Virus record (IMG/VR): IMGVR_UViG_3300034418_008897
Coordinates: 16,525 to 80,524 of that record
Direction: 5' to 3' (one strand)
DNA length: 64,000 nt
From: a virus
The translations under genes and the position numbers were made by a program. This document shows positions 22,305 to 32,977 of this stretch, in pieces. The notes under the pieces are model-generated. The model searched no databases. It was not told the origin of the DNA and saw only the letters and a program-made list of their open reading frames with translations. Each line of letters opens with the position of its first letter. Within the stretch, counting starts at the first letter, position 1.

Positions 22305-22330
22305 TAGTATATAGGTTGTTAGTATTCCTA

Positions 22331-23350
22331 TTATGCGATAAAAGCAGCGCTTGTAGCAACAGAAGAACCATCAGCTAAAATTAATACTTCTGATGTTTCT
22401 TGAGCTAAAGTTAAAGGCGCAGCAGTTACAGTAGCAGTTAAATCAGCTAAAGCAGCAGCTCTTAAAATAGCAACAGCAGCTAATTTATCAGCAGCACCGT
22501 TAGCAGCCAAACAAGTCGCTTCATTCATCCAAAGAACGAACTCGTGAGTAGCTGGTAATGGACCGTGGTCTGCAGCGATAGTAGAGATTTTTTCTGTGTA
22601 AGGAGCAGAAACTTTAAAATATAAAGCACTATAAGTTCCTCTTAAATCAACTCTAGTATCAGCTGTATCAACTCCGTATGGATCAACATTTCCTGGAGTA
22701 GCCATTCTAATAGACTCTTCTAAGAATTTACCTAATCCTTCACCTTCGAAAGCAGTAGCAACAGTTGCGTTTAAAGCTAAAGCTACCCAATTTTGAGAAC
22801 CAATTCCTTGCGCACTTCTTCTGATTTCAACTCTTTTAAAAGAAACTGATTCGTATCCAGATAAAGTAGTTAAACGGATATCAGCTGCACCATTAGATGC
22901 TACTGAAAAAGGAAAAGCAGCAGTTGGGAATTCAGCAATAAAGTCAGTGTAAGCAGTAACTAAAGCTGTACGAATATCAGCAGCAGCAACAGCAGCTAAA
23001 GGCTTAGTTGTTAAAGAAAAAGTTCTTGTTCTTCCTAATTTAGAAGCAACTGCTAATTCTGATTGGTAGCGAGTAGTATCTACTTCAACTCTCAACTCAA
23101 CAACTTCACCAATAGCAATACCTGCAGGAGCAGTTACAGTAAAGTCTTTACTTTCGTTAACAGCAGCTCTACCTCTACGTAATTGGATATCAGTAATAGC
23201 TGATAATTCGAAGTGTCCGAAACCTTCGATTAATAATTTGTCTGTTGCAGCTACAGCAGCAGCAGTCGTTCTTTCAACACCTGCGCTAGAAAATACTCTT
23301 ACGCTATCAGGAGTGTTGATAACTCTTTGTTTGTCAGATAATGTAAACAT
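22331..23350 (-). CDS. Putative auxiliary capsid / decoration protein
   Basis: 339 aa, Ala-rich, codon choice resembling the MCP gene, followed by its own terminator. Confidence 0.55.
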   Translation of the reverse strand: MFTLSDKQRVINTPDSVRVFSSAGVERTTAAAVAATDKLLIEGFGHFELSAITDIQLRRGRAAVNESKDFTVTAPAGIAIGEVVELRVEVDTTRYQSELAVASKLGRTRTFSLTTKPLAAVAAADIRTALVTAYTDFIAEFPTAAFPFSVASNGAADIRLTTLSGYESVSFKRVEIRRSAQGIGSQNWVALALNATVATAFEGEGLGKFLEESIRMATPGNVDPYGVDTADTRVDLRGTYSALYFKVSAPYTEKISTIAADHGPLPATHEFVLWMNEATCLAANGAADKLAAVAILRAAALADLTATVTAAPLTLAQETSEVLILADGSSVATSAAFIA

Positions 23351-23402
23351 TTGTTTAATTAATTTTTTGTGTAACTTGTACCAGTGTAATTACACGGTTT
23401 AT

Positions 23403-23425
23403 AAAAAAAGGAGCTGGTATCCCCT
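23403..23425 (-). terminator. Possible weak intrinsic terminator
   Basis: Minus strand AGGGG-ATACCAG-CTCCT followed by a T run. Confidence 0.35.
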
Positions 23426-23473
23426 AAAACTACTGTAATATTACAATTTTATTTTAATATATAAGGTAAATTA

Positions 23474-24235
23474 TCACGTAGTGCTTTGATTTACTTGAAC
23501 ATGTGTATTTAATCTAGGATCAGAACTGTTCTCTAAAATTAATTTTACAACTCTTTTGATAATTTCGTTGCAAACATACTCTGGAAATTCTAATACCGCA
23601 GACGTATCTACTGGTACGTCTCTTTGACCTACAGTAAGATTAACTACTTCTGGTTTTTTTAAATAATCTAAACTTACTTCAGTAATGTTAAATTTTTTAC
23701 TGTCACCATAATAAAAAGTTAAATTAGGTAAAACAGAACCGGCAGAGCCATCTGTAAAATCATGAAATACTCTACTTGCACTTGGCTTTAAATAAGCATT
23801 GTTTATAATACCGTTTGCAGTATGACTATTTAATTTTTTAGATGGTTTAGTGTCTTCATGTCCTTTTGGGTAGCATTTATAAGGGAATTTAGCAACTGTA
23901 GTTACGTTAGTTCCTACCATATGCCAATAATTATCAGGTGCTGGAAATTTAATAAAATCTGAACTATACCTTTTACCTGTAGTAATGTTTAAAATTACTG
24001 CAGGGTTAGAAGAATAATAGCCTGTATTATTAGAAATAATAAAGGTATTAGGTACAATTAATGGGCTGATATCATCCGTTATTTGTTGGCTTACTTGAAA
24101 TTTATTATATCTTTCATTTATATACTCTTGAATACCTTTATTAATAAAATAATTATAATCATCAAGATGTAAAGAAGGGGCTTTTGCCTTCCTTAATTCT
24201 CTTAATATATTTTCATAAGCCCCTTTTACAGTCAT
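23474..24235 (-). CDS. Putative head-tail ring protein
   Basis: DYNYFINKG..EYINERY; LDYLKKP..V; LEFPEYVCNEII; position downstream of MCP. Confidence 0.55.
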   Translation of the reverse strand: MTVKGAYENILRELRKAKAPSLHLDDYNYFINKGIQEYINERYNKFQVSQQITDDISPLIVPNTFIISNNTGYYSSNPAVILNITTGKRYSSDFIKFPAPDNYWHMVGTNVTTVAKFPYKCYPKGHEDTKPSKKLNSHTANGIINNAYLKPSASRVFHDFTDGSAGSVLPNLTFYYGDSKKFNITEVSLDYLKKPEVVNLTVGQRDVPVDTSAVLEFPEYVCNEIIKRVVKLILENSSDPRLNTHVQVNQSTT

Positions 24236-24251
24236 TTTAATTACGTTTTAA

Positions 24252-25115
24252 TTATTTTCCCTCTTCTAATTTCTTTTTTCTTGCTTCTTGAGCTAATTCA
24301 ATAGGAGTTTGTTTTTTCTCTGTAGTTGGTTTAGCTATAGCTTTTTTAGAATTATAATAATCAGGATCTACATCTCTTTCTAATAACTCTAAAATATCTT
24401 CATTTTGTTGTAAAAAAGCAATAGCTGACTCATCAGATAACCCTAAAATAGTAGTACCATATTTAATTACTCTTGTTTCTGGGTCTTCAATAATGAAACG
24501 TGCTTTTTTAGCTTTTAAATACAACAAATTAATTTTCATTGATTTATCTCTATAAATACGTTCAATAGTCTTAGGTTCTGTTTTTGCTTTTTCTAATAAA
24601 AACTCTTCAACAGTATCTGGATTTTCACCTTCCATATCAAAACCTAATAACAAAGCTCTATTAACATGGTTAGATCGAGGATCATTAATAACTAATTCCA
24701 TAGCTTTAAAAATGTCCATTGACTTTTTGTTTTTAATCTGAGACTCTCTACCTTCGATATGAACATAGAATAAAGCTTTAGAAGATTGAGCTTCCTCAAA
24801 AGACATAGCTATTTCCGGACAATGCTTTAACCATTGCCATGTTATTTTATCTACTTCCGTATTTAAATCTAAAATCAAACCGTCTTTTAAAACTAATTTA
24901 GTATTTAAATGCGGGTCTACTTTATTACCCACTGTTACATAATATTCTCTGGCTTCTTTATCTCGATCAGATAATCTTTCTACACCAGCCCACCAGTTTG
25001 TCATAGGGTCATATGCTGGTTGTACAGTATGTTTAGTAGTTTTGTAAACCGCTTTAATTTCTATAACTCTATCTGTTACAGTTCCATTTTCTAATTGTTC
25101 AATTTCTGTTATCAT
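24252..25115 (-). CDS. Conserved capsid-module protein (crAss MCP-adjacent gene)
   Basis: 287 aa directly downstream of MCP; LDLNTEVDKITW.WL motif. Confidence 0.5.
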   Translation of the reverse strand: MITEIEQLENGTVTDRVIEIKAVYKTTKHTVQPAYDPMTNWWAGVERLSDRDKEAREYYVTVGNKVDPHLNTKLVLKDGLILDLNTEVDKITWQWLKHCPEIAMSFEEAQSSKALFYVHIEGRESQIKNKKSMDIFKAMELVINDPRSNHVNRALLLGFDMEGENPDTVEEFLLEKAKTEPKTIERIYRDKSMKINLLYLKAKKARFIIEDPETRVIKYGTTILGLSDESAIAFLQQNEDILELLERDVDPDYYNSKKAIAKPTTEKKQTPIELAQEARKKKLEEGK

Positions 25116-25181
25116 ATTTACATATTTTATTATTATGGTATAATATACTTAATATTTTTTAAAAAATAAGGGGAATAAAAT

Positions 25182-25206
25182 AAAAAGGGCAGCCTAAGCT
25201 ACCCTC
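25182..25206 (-). terminator. Intrinsic terminator after MCP
   Basis: Minus strand AGGGTAGC-TTAG-GCTGCCCT followed by a T run. Confidence 0.7.
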
Positions 25207-25232
25207 TTTTGTATTTTTTATTTCACTGTTAA

Positions 25233-26648
25233 TTAAGCGATTCTTGCTTCTTGTACAATGAAAGATTTGTAAGGATTGAATACAACAGCTCCAGAGTATC
25301 CTAATAAGTGGTATTCTGAACCGTGAACTCCTGTAGAAACTTCTCCTGAAGTTTTTCCATCAGCTCCACCCATTCCATGTAAGTTACCAGAAATCATTTC
25401 TGATCCTTCTAATGTGAACGTAGCAACGTTTGGACGTCCTGAAGATAAATCAGCACCAGTATCTAAGAAAATACCGTATCCACCTTCTGGGTACTCTTGA
25501 GAAAGTACTCTATCTGGCATAAAAGAGATAGTGTTTCCTTGGAAGTGGTAAGTATCAAACTCAGCACCAACTTTAACTTTTCCACCAGCTGCTTTAGAGT
25601 AGAAGTATGCTCCATCTGCTGAAGATTGGAAACGTAATTCAGAACTCATCAATTTACCAACTTGGTCGTAGAAACGCTCGTTACAAATAACTGCGTAAAT
25701 GTTTCCTGTTGGAGCATCAGATTTTTCACGCATAGTAGCTAATACGTCATCTAATACGTCGATAGTCAAGATAGAGTAAGAGAATTTATCACAGTATCTT
25801 TCGATTTGTGGAATAACTCCGTCTCCCATTGGAATATCGCGTCCATGATCATCTTGATCTAAACATTTACCGTTAACATCGTAGTTAGTTTCAGAGAACA
25901 AACAGTTTTGCTCACGAGAAATTAAGAAAGTATCTAAACATTCTTTCTCTTTTTTATTCATCTTGTAATAAGAAGAAGAATCTTTACTATCTTTTCCAGT
26001 TTGGATATAAATATCTTCCATCATTGCGAAATCAGCTGACCAAGAAGTAGAAGCTCTTTGACGAGATAAGTAGTTACGGTGAGTTTCAGTGTTAGAAATC
26101 CACTTAGTATAACCTCTTTCAGATAATTCTGGGTGGTAATTTGAACGATAACGAGTATCTTTACCAGCAGCAGCATAAGCAGTGTTGATAGTCTTAGACA
26201 TATCATTACCAACTAATACCACTTTGTATTCCCAACGAGATTGAGATAATTTCTTAGGAGTAGAAACAACGAATAATTGTTGTTTATTATCCAATGTGAA
26301 AGTATCGTTTTTATCGTAGTATCTTTCAGCTAAGATAATAGACTCTACGTTTTTGTTAGCTCCATCTCCAGAAATAGAACCCACGATTCTTACTTTTTTA
26401 ATAAAGTTTACGTCGATATTCCACTCAATAACCATAGAGTTAATTGGTGTGAAAGATCCTGAACCTTTTTTAGGGTTGTAATAAACGTTTTTTAACGCGT
26501 CTGTCAACGTAGCTAAAGCTAGTTGTTTGTACATAGTAACTACAGTACCTAATTTATGAGGCTTAGCTCCTAATAAAGTACCGAAATTTTGTACAGTTTT
26601 TGTGTCGCCTAGATGCTGAACGACTGAATTTCTGTCTACAATTTTCAT
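25233..26648 (-). CDS. Major capsid protein (crAss-like)
   Basis: 471 aa; IEWNIDVN, SNYHPELSERG and IPMGDGVIPQIE motifs; high-expression codon choice; portal-scaffold-MCP synteny. Confidence 0.85.
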   Translation of the reverse strand: MKIVDRNSVVQHLGDTKTVQNFGTLLGAKPHKLGTVVTMYKQLALATLTDALKNVYYNPKKGSGSFTPINSMVIEWNIDVNFIKKVRIVGSISGDGANKNVESIILAERYYDKNDTFTLDNKQQLFVVSTPKKLSQSRWEYKVVLVGNDMSKTINTAYAAAGKDTRYRSNYHPELSERGYTKWISNTETHRNYLSRQRASTSWSADFAMMEDIYIQTGKDSKDSSSYYKMNKKEKECLDTFLISREQNCLFSETNYDVNGKCLDQDDHGRDIPMGDGVIPQIERYCDKFSYSILTIDVLDDVLATMREKSDAPTGNIYAVICNERFYDQVGKLMSSELRFQSSADGAYFYSKAAGGKVKVGAEFDTYHFQGNTISFMPDRVLSQEYPEGGYGIFLDTGADLSSGRPNVATFTLEGSEMISGNLHGMGGADGKTSGEVSTGVHGSEYHLLGYSGAVVFNPYKSFIVQEARIA

Positions 26649-26742
26649 TTTGCTTTTGTTTTGTGGATGGTAGTGCCACCCTTTGTTTATAATTAATTAA
26701 TACTTCCTTAAATTAAAAGATTTTTAAACTTTAAGGGAAAAT

Positions 26743-27909
26743 TTAAAAATCACTGTGTAAATCATCTAAATCTACAAAATTTTCTTTTCTAATAGGTTCT
26801 TCTTTACTAGACCCTGAAGTGCTATTGTTATTTATACTCCCACTTATTGGTCTAGAAGGCATACCATTTAAAGCTTCATTTTTACCGTTTTGATAAGCTT
26901 TAGCAATTTCTTTTTTATAATATTGTTCTAAATTGTCGAAATAAGCTTCTCCATTTTTATACATCCAAGCAGCTTTAAATAAAGTTTTAGGATCAGAAAA
27001 AACTTCTTCCATAAATAAAGAGTCTCCATATTCATTAGTCTCTAGTAAATCATGTAAGATATTATTTTTATCTTCATCACTAACTTTAAAACCGGCAATA
27101 TCGTTAATATCTTGTACTACGGTTACAATAGTAGACCTTTGTTCTTCCAACATATTATTGAACTCTTCTTGTTGTTGTAATTCTACGGTTCTATTAATTT
27201 CTTCTTGTTGTTTTGTAAATTGCTCTCTTAGGCGATTTACATTTTTTTCATACAATTTACTCTCTTTCTGCCTAGTAAGTTCTTCCGCTAAATCTTCTTC
27301 TGAAGCTTCTGGGTCACTTTCTTTTAGCCATCTCATCATAACTGCATCGTCAGCCATACTAGAAAAATCTGTAGAATTAGATTCGTTAAAAGCTAAAATT
27401 TGCTCTACCCTTGCTTGTGCTAATGATTCAATAGATTGTTGTAGCGGTTGGTTTTGCTGTCTTAACCAGTTAATTAAACCTATTTCTTCTTCATCTAAAC
27501 CATATCTAGACTCAATATCTGGAGAAGATGTAGCAGATAAATCTTGTAAAATATTGAATTTTTCTGATTCTGTTAACTCATTGAAATGTTTAGCCTCACC
27601 ATCTTCAAAGTTAATCATACCCCCTACAATCCCATACTTAGATAAAAATTGTTCAATACCTGGTGTATTATCATCTACTTGAGACTCTCCTTCAGCTCCT
27701 ATTTGGCTTCTGTCTGAACTTGTTTGGTCACTTTGACTATCTTTTTCATTGCTTGCACTAGTTTCAGAGGCACTTTGCCCTTCGGCTGTTTTTTCAGTTC
27801 CTTCTGTGCTTTCTGCATTTACTTCAGATGTAAATTGCGTTCCTTCTTGTGTTCCTTCTTGAGCGTCATCATCGTTATGTAACGCGTCAAGGTTTAATTC
27901 TTCACTCAT
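26743..27909 (-). CDS. Putative capsid scaffolding protein
   Basis: Acidic disordered N-terminus plus coiled coil, immediately upstream of MCP. Confidence 0.65.
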   Translation of the reverse strand: MSEELNLDALHNDDDAQEGTQEGTQFTSEVNAESTEGTEKTAEGQSASETSASNEKDSQSDQTSSDRSQIGAEGESQVDDNTPGIEQFLSKYGIVGGMINFEDGEAKHFNELTESEKFNILQDLSATSSPDIESRYGLDEEEIGLINWLRQQNQPLQQSIESLAQARVEQILAFNESNSTDFSSMADDAVMMRWLKESDPEASEEDLAEELTRQKESKLYEKNVNRLREQFTKQQEEINRTVELQQQEEFNNMLEEQRSTIVTVVQDINDIAGFKVSDEDKNNILHDLLETNEYGDSLFMEEVFSDPKTLFKAAWMYKNGEAYFDNLEQYYKKEIAKAYQNGKNEALNGMPSRPISGSINNNSTSGSSKEEPIRKENFVDLDDLHSDF

Positions 27910-27970
27910 ATTATCTTATTTATTTGTTATTAACTTTCTTATTATAAAGAAAAAATTTTAATCTTTCTAG

Positions 27971-28402
27971 TTAGTTTGTACTGTCACTAGCAACCCTTAA
28001 GTAAAATTTACCATTTATAATAGTTCCAAACCAAACTTGTTTCTTACCTGCTGTTACAGTATAAGAGTTTGTGGTATTAGCCGGATCATCTAAAAATACA
28101 TACTCAGGAGAAAAGTTAAAAACTTTGTCTAAAGTATTATTAGAATTATCTAAAACAAAACTATGTAAACTTCTATTTTCAGCTTTAGTAGGATAAGTAA
28201 AACTTACCGGCAATCCATTACCTATAGGTGAAATATAATGTATATAAGAATGGTCATGCATTAGATTAGGAGTAATAACTGAACTATTATCTGTGATTAA
28301 TATCTGTCTGCTATCTGTGTCAGGTTTGTTAAAAATCTGCATAGCTCTAGGATTCCTAGTTGATTGTCCTAGTATAGTGTTATTTAATTGCGTGTTTGGC
28401 AT
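27971..28402 (-). CDS. Hypothetical structural protein (probable start MPNTQ at 28402)
   Basis: ORF track 27971..28456 overlaps the upstream gene; the ATG at 28402 removes the overlap. Confidence 0.5.
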   Translation of the reverse strand: MPNTQLNNTILGQSTRNPRAMQIFNKPDTDSRQILITDNSSVITPNLMHDHSYIHYISPIGNGLPVSFTYPTKAENRSLHSFVLDNSNNTLDKVFNFSPEYVFLDDPANTTNSYTVTAGKKQVWFGTIINGKFYLRVASDSTN

Positions 28403-28425
28403 AATATATTTATTTAAAATTTTCT

Positions 28426-28860
28426 TTATTGGTAAATTCCGCTGCCTGTATTCCAAGGACTACTACCTAAACTAGTCGGAGTTCCTGTTGGAGGTACGTA
28501 AGGACTTCTACCAGGAATTCCTGTGGGTGGTACGTAAGGACTTACTGTGGGTGGAGCAGGATTAACATGATAATTAGTTTTATCTATTGTTTTGTTTCTT
28601 ACTTTTTTACAAGGGTTTTTATCTATGGCTTCTCTTAAGCACATTAATAAAGCCTCGTCTTCTCTAGGATTACTATGATCGTTGTTTTCAAAATAATCAA
28701 TAATCCCAGAAATAATTATAGCTTGAGCATATAATTTATCTAGATATTTAGAAGCCCCCATATAAGGTTCTTGCTGGGCTAAATTAAATTGTATATCCCC
28801 TAATAACAATCTACCATTTTCTATGGTATTAATATAATCATCTGTGTAATTTAATAGCAT
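28426..28860 (-). CDS. Hypothetical protein with Pro-rich tail
   Basis: 144 aa; SPYVPPTG occurs twice. Confidence 0.55.
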   Translation of the reverse strand: MLLNYTDDYINTIENGRLLLGDIQFNLAQQEPYMGASKYLDKLYAQAIIISGIIDYFENNDHSNPREDEALLMCLREAIDKNPCKKVRNKTIDKTNYHVNPAPPTVSPYVPPTGIPGRSPYVPPTGTPTSLGSSPWNTGSGIYQ

Positions 28861-28868
28861 AAATTTTA

Positions 28869-29948
28869 TTATTTACAAGTACAACCATTATCATAAATAC
28901 ACATTTGGCATAAAGCCCTAGAACTTTCTAGGATACATTGTGCTTCATGATATATTTCAGAATTAAATTGGACATAAGCCCCTAATCTTTTTTGCATTAG
29001 TTTTTGATAATGTAAAATAGAAGATGACCCAAAAGAAGGATGCTCACAACAATTACATTGTTTTTTCAATTCTTCTAATATAGCTTTATTTAATTCAACA
29101 GTAACTAAATGTTGCGTTTCTATATAATATATAGGGTCCCCTGGTAATGTTGAGTCTGTATATCCTCTCATAAAATCTAACCATTCTTCAAAGTTAGGAT
29201 TAGGAGACCAATTTGTTGTATCTGGCATCATTAAACCAGGATTGTTGGGGTCTGGAACTAAAGAACCACCAGAGCCTGTGCGGTTAATGTAGAATTTACT
29301 TTGTGGTTCATAATAAACAATAGATCCTGTTGCAGCTCCATTTAAAACTGGGTCAACTACAGACCACTTTTTACAAGCAATAACATAACTAGTGTACCAA
29401 CCGTCCAAGTAGATTCTATTATTTTCAACATTAGCTGGTAAAAATGAAGTTAAATGTGGCGCTCTATAAAAAGCTGTGTAAGCAGGTGTTCCTGGTGCAA
29501 TATTAGCTTGAGCAGTTAAAAATTGTTTAACTACTGTAAAACCTTGGCTATAATCAAAAGGAAAATTAGCGTAATCAGCTGGATCTGTTAAATTTGCTAA
29601 TTCTGGATTATAAGTAAATTCACTAGGTTTATAAGACCATTCATTTGAGTTATTATAACCAGGGATTTGATTTAAATCGGCCTCTGCCCCTGATTCAATC
29701 AATACAGTTTCAACCATCTGACCTGTCGAACAGTTTTTACCATTATAAGTCAAAAAAGTTTTTTTCACCATATCAGTACCTATTTGATAAGGTAAAATGT
29801 TATAATCTAAGTTATAATCAACTAAGTTTAAAGTTTGGCTAGGCTCATCCCAAGTCAAACTTATGTTTTCCAATGTTGGATTGACCCTAAACACAGGATC
29901 CATTAAACCACCACTAGTTGCCAAAGATTCTACTACTCTAATATCCAT
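28869..29948 (-). CDS. Putative structural protein with Cys-rich C-terminus
   Basis: 359 aa; DGWY motif, CNCC and CQMC...CTC. Confidence 0.5.
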   Translation of the reverse strand: MDIRVVESLATSGGLMDPVFRVNPTLENISLTWDEPSQTLNLVDYNLDYNILPYQIGTDMVKKTFLTYNGKNCSTGQMVETVLIESGAEADLNQIPGYNNSNEWSYKPSEFTYNPELANLTDPADYANFPFDYSQGFTVVKQFLTAQANIAPGTPAYTAFYRAPHLTSFLPANVENNRIYLDGWYTSYVIACKKWSVVDPVLNGAATGSIVYYEPQSKFYINRTGSGGSLVPDPNNPGLMMPDTTNWSPNPNFEEWLDFMRGYTDSTLPGDPIYYIETQHLVTVELNKAILEELKKQCNCCEHPSFGSSSILHYQKLMQKRLGAYVQFNSEIYHEAQCILESSRALCQMCIYDNGCTCK

Positions 29949-29950
29949 AA

Positions 29951-30601
29951 TTATTCTATTGTTCTATATATAACATCTTGTGCTTCATCATTTAAAATCC
30001 AGTTACCCACACCTTCTAATTTATAAGCGTAAGGCACTGTGCTTTTTTCTCTAGTTACAGTTTTATTACCATCTTTATCTGTAGTAATTACAGTAACATA
30101 TTTATAAATAGCATCTTTAAACTCTTTTGTTGGAGAGTTTTCTTCAAGTTCTATTTTTGGTTTTAATTCTTTAGAAGGAGAAATCTCAACAATAGATAAA
30201 GCCGCCCTCATTGGCATCTTATCTACTTTAGGCTTTTCTTTTTTAACTTCTTCAATTTTTGGAACAGAAGCTGCAACAGTTTTTAAAACTACTTTTTTAG
30301 GTTGCTTTATATCTTCAAAACTGCTTATATTAAACGGTTGATTATTTTTAGCTTCTAACCTTTTAATAGCTGGTACTATAACAGTAGCCTCATAAGATCT
30401 ATTTTTTTCAGTATAATCTTGGTATGCTTTAACTTTTTCCTCTTGAGTATTTAAAGTTTTTAATTTAGATTCTAATTCTTTAAAATAATTAAAAACTTTT
30501 GCGCTATCCGCTTCACTTTCTTTTAAGCCAGTTAAAGCTATGGGGTCTGTTGTGTAATAAACCCCGCTTGTACCACTCTGATATTTTTTTAGTAGTGACA
30601 T
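29951..30601 (-). CDS. Tagged putative cargo protein
   Basis: Starts MSLLKKYQSG, matching the N-terminal tag of the 37-49.6 kb array. Confidence 0.55.
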   Translation of the reverse strand: MSLLKKYQSGTSGVYYTTDPIALTGLKESEADSAKVFNYFKELESKLKTLNTQEEKVKAYQDYTEKNRSYEATVIVPAIKRLEAKNNQPFNISSFEDIKQPKKVVLKTVAASVPKIEEVKKEKPKVDKMPMRAALSIVEISPSKELKPKIELEENSPTKEFKDAIYKYVTVITTDKDGNKTVTREKSTVPYAYKLEGVGNWILNDEAQDVIYRTIE

Positions 30602-32971
30602 TTATAAATTATTTTTTATTTCCCTTGCATTACCCGCTACATTTTCTGCATATAACTGCTCTCTTTCTAAACGAACTACTTCTTTATCTTTCTCTACTTC
30701 AGCTGTAGCTGTTTTTTCATCTAAATCTAATCTTCTTTCGCTGATTTTAATTCGTTCTTCAGATTCTTTTTTACGAATCTCCAGATCTTGCATTTTATAT
30801 TCTCTATCTGATTTTTCAAGTTTTTCTTTTTCTTTTTGGGTTTTTTCTAGCTCTGTTTGCAATTGTTTAGCTTGCTCAGAAAGTTGCTCCAATTGTTGAG
30901 CCATTTGTTGCAGTTGATTATTCTCTTCTTTTTTCTTTTTAATACTTTCTGACAATAATAGATTAGCTTCTGTGATAGAGTCAGTCATCATCAATTTCAT
31001 CAATACCTCGTCTTCTATAGAGCCTTTACCTGCTAATTGAGGCGCAAGAGCGTTCAATTTTTCTAATTTTAAGTTTTCTTTACTAGAATTTACTAATTGA
31101 ATATTGAAATCAGTAAACCTAAAGTTTTCTGGAGAAGCATTAAATAAAATGTTTCTATGGCCAACTATATAAGCTCCTTTCTTACCTTCTTTATAAGTAA
31201 TTTTAGCTTGGTTTAATAAATCAATCAAAACAAATTTTCTACTATCAAAAACTAATTCAAATAAATCTTTTGTAATTAAAGATGTTTGTTTAATACCAGT
31301 TTTAACATTTGTGACTGCATCTCTTTGTTCAGCAGCTGCATACATATATCTGTTTATACCTGTAACAATATCAGCTTGTGCTTGTATAGATTCTAAAACA
31401 ACATTTAATTGTTGTATAATATTTCCATTTAAAGAACCTCTGAAATCCCCATAATGTTGGAATAAACCAGCTCCTTCTTCTGTTGGGTCGTATAATTCTA
31501 ATCCTTGTTTACGGAAAGCTACAAATTTAAGTAATCTTTCCATAAAATCTTGCCCTAATACTTTTGGTATAGCAGCTAAATTAACACGAGAGCCATCTAC
31601 ACCTGCGTTAGCAATTAAATTATCTCTAAAGAAAGTAATTACATCATAAGAATTTTGTAAGTCTTCTAGAGACAACGCTACTGAATATGGCCTAGTATTT
31701 CTATCGTTATAACCAACTCCATTTATAGATAAAGTAGTTTTCCAAGGCGCACTTATACTTCTAGGTGGATTTTTACTCTTACCTAAATTTAAATAAATGT
31801 CCCAACCAATTCTAACTCCTTCATACCTATCTAACCTATAGCCTTTCTTATTAGGTTCGCCGTAACCAGCATCTTTTCCACCTCTGAGGTCTTTATCTAA
31901 AACTTCGCTGTAATATTTGCTCTTTTTTATGGTTTCTACTACTTGATAGCTTTCTTTATCTTCTCCCGCAATTTCTACTTCATTGTTCGCTAACCATTCT
32001 ACATGGTATACAGGTAAAGTATCCCACATAGAATTCAAATGTTGGTTGTAGGTAGTATTCGCAGCTAATTCATAAATCCTATCCAACTGCCTTGGGTCCC
32101 TAATAACTTGAGCGCCTGATGAATCTGATTTACCGTATAAAATAGTTTTTTGTTCGTCAGTCATTACATGACCCCATTTATTTAAAATAGCTGTTCTAGT
32201 CATATAAGTCCTGTGAACTACTGCAGTTACATTAGGTTCGTTTCCGTTAGATAAAAACTGAAAGTTTGTATTTTTACTAAAAAATACATTTTCAGGTTTA
32301 CATATTTCTAATTTTGGGTCTTCCCCTTCTCGGTCTATATAAGTTCTATAATAAGCTTCCCCCGTTATTAATAAATCTAAAAGATATTGTTTTAGTTTTT
32401 GTTTTAAATCTATAGTAGGGTCTTGCTCAAAAAATTTAATTAAAGATTGAGCTGCAATTTCGTATTGAGAAACAAAATCACTATTTAATGTTTTATTCAA
32501 ATTTTCAATGAAGCTTTCTTCATAAGCTGTTTTAGGGCTTTCTTTACCGGCTTTTATTGCTTCTGTTGTATCTTTTTTAAATTGCTCTAACTTTTTTAAT
32601 ATTTCTTCGCTTTTCTTTTTCATCTTTTGCGCTTCTATATTATTTATAGTTTGAGCGTCATTCATAGAAATGCGATAGGTATACTCTTCATCTAAGAATA
32701 TACCTATTAATACATCTATTTTAGTTTTTACTAGAGGAGTCATTTTTACAGACATAGGAGTTTCTATGCCAAAAACTTGCTCTAAATATGCAAATTCTTC
32801 TTTATCCCGCACACCATCATATAAATTTCTAGCTTTTCTGATGTGTTCTTTTTCTCTAACTAAAGCAGAAATATAAAAATCAACGCTTTGACTTAAATAG
32901 TCAAATTTTGATTTATCCTCTTCAGATATAGAAACATCTTCAATGTGGTAGTAACGTTGTATAAGACTCAT
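30602..32971 (-). CDS. Portal protein
   Basis: 789 aa; KIDVLIG, DLLITGEAYY, RYEGVRIG..IY and ADIVTGINR motifs; C-terminal coiled coil; between terminase and scaffold. Confidence 0.85.
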   Translation of the reverse strand: MSLIQRYYHIEDVSISEEDKSKFDYLSQSVDFYISALVREKEHIRKARNLYDGVRDKEEFAYLEQVFGIETPMSVKMTPLVKTKIDVLIGIFLDEEYTYRISMNDAQTINNIEAQKMKKKSEEILKKLEQFKKDTTEAIKAGKESPKTAYEESFIENLNKTLNSDFVSQYEIAAQSLIKFFEQDPTIDLKQKLKQYLLDLLITGEAYYRTYIDREGEDPKLEICKPENVFFSKNTNFQFLSNGNEPNVTAVVHRTYMTRTAILNKWGHVMTDEQKTILYGKSDSSGAQVIRDPRQLDRIYELAANTTYNQHLNSMWDTLPVYHVEWLANNEVEIAGEDKESYQVVETIKKSKYYSEVLDKDLRGGKDAGYGEPNKKGYRLDRYEGVRIGWDIYLNLGKSKNPPRSISAPWKTTLSINGVGYNDRNTRPYSVALSLEDLQNSYDVITFFRDNLIANAGVDGSRVNLAAIPKVLGQDFMERLLKFVAFRKQGLELYDPTEEGAGLFQHYGDFRGSLNGNIIQQLNVVLESIQAQADIVTGINRYMYAAAEQRDAVTNVKTGIKQTSLITKDLFELVFDSRKFVLIDLLNQAKITYKEGKKGAYIVGHRNILFNASPENFRFTDFNIQLVNSSKENLKLEKLNALAPQLAGKGSIEDEVLMKLMMTDSITEANLLLSESIKKKKEENNQLQQMAQQLEQLSEQAKQLQTELEKTQKEKEKLEKSDREYKMQDLEIRKKESEERIKISERRLDLDEKTATAEVEKDKEVVRLEREQLYAENVAGNAREIKNNL

Positions 32972-32977
32972 CTTTTA

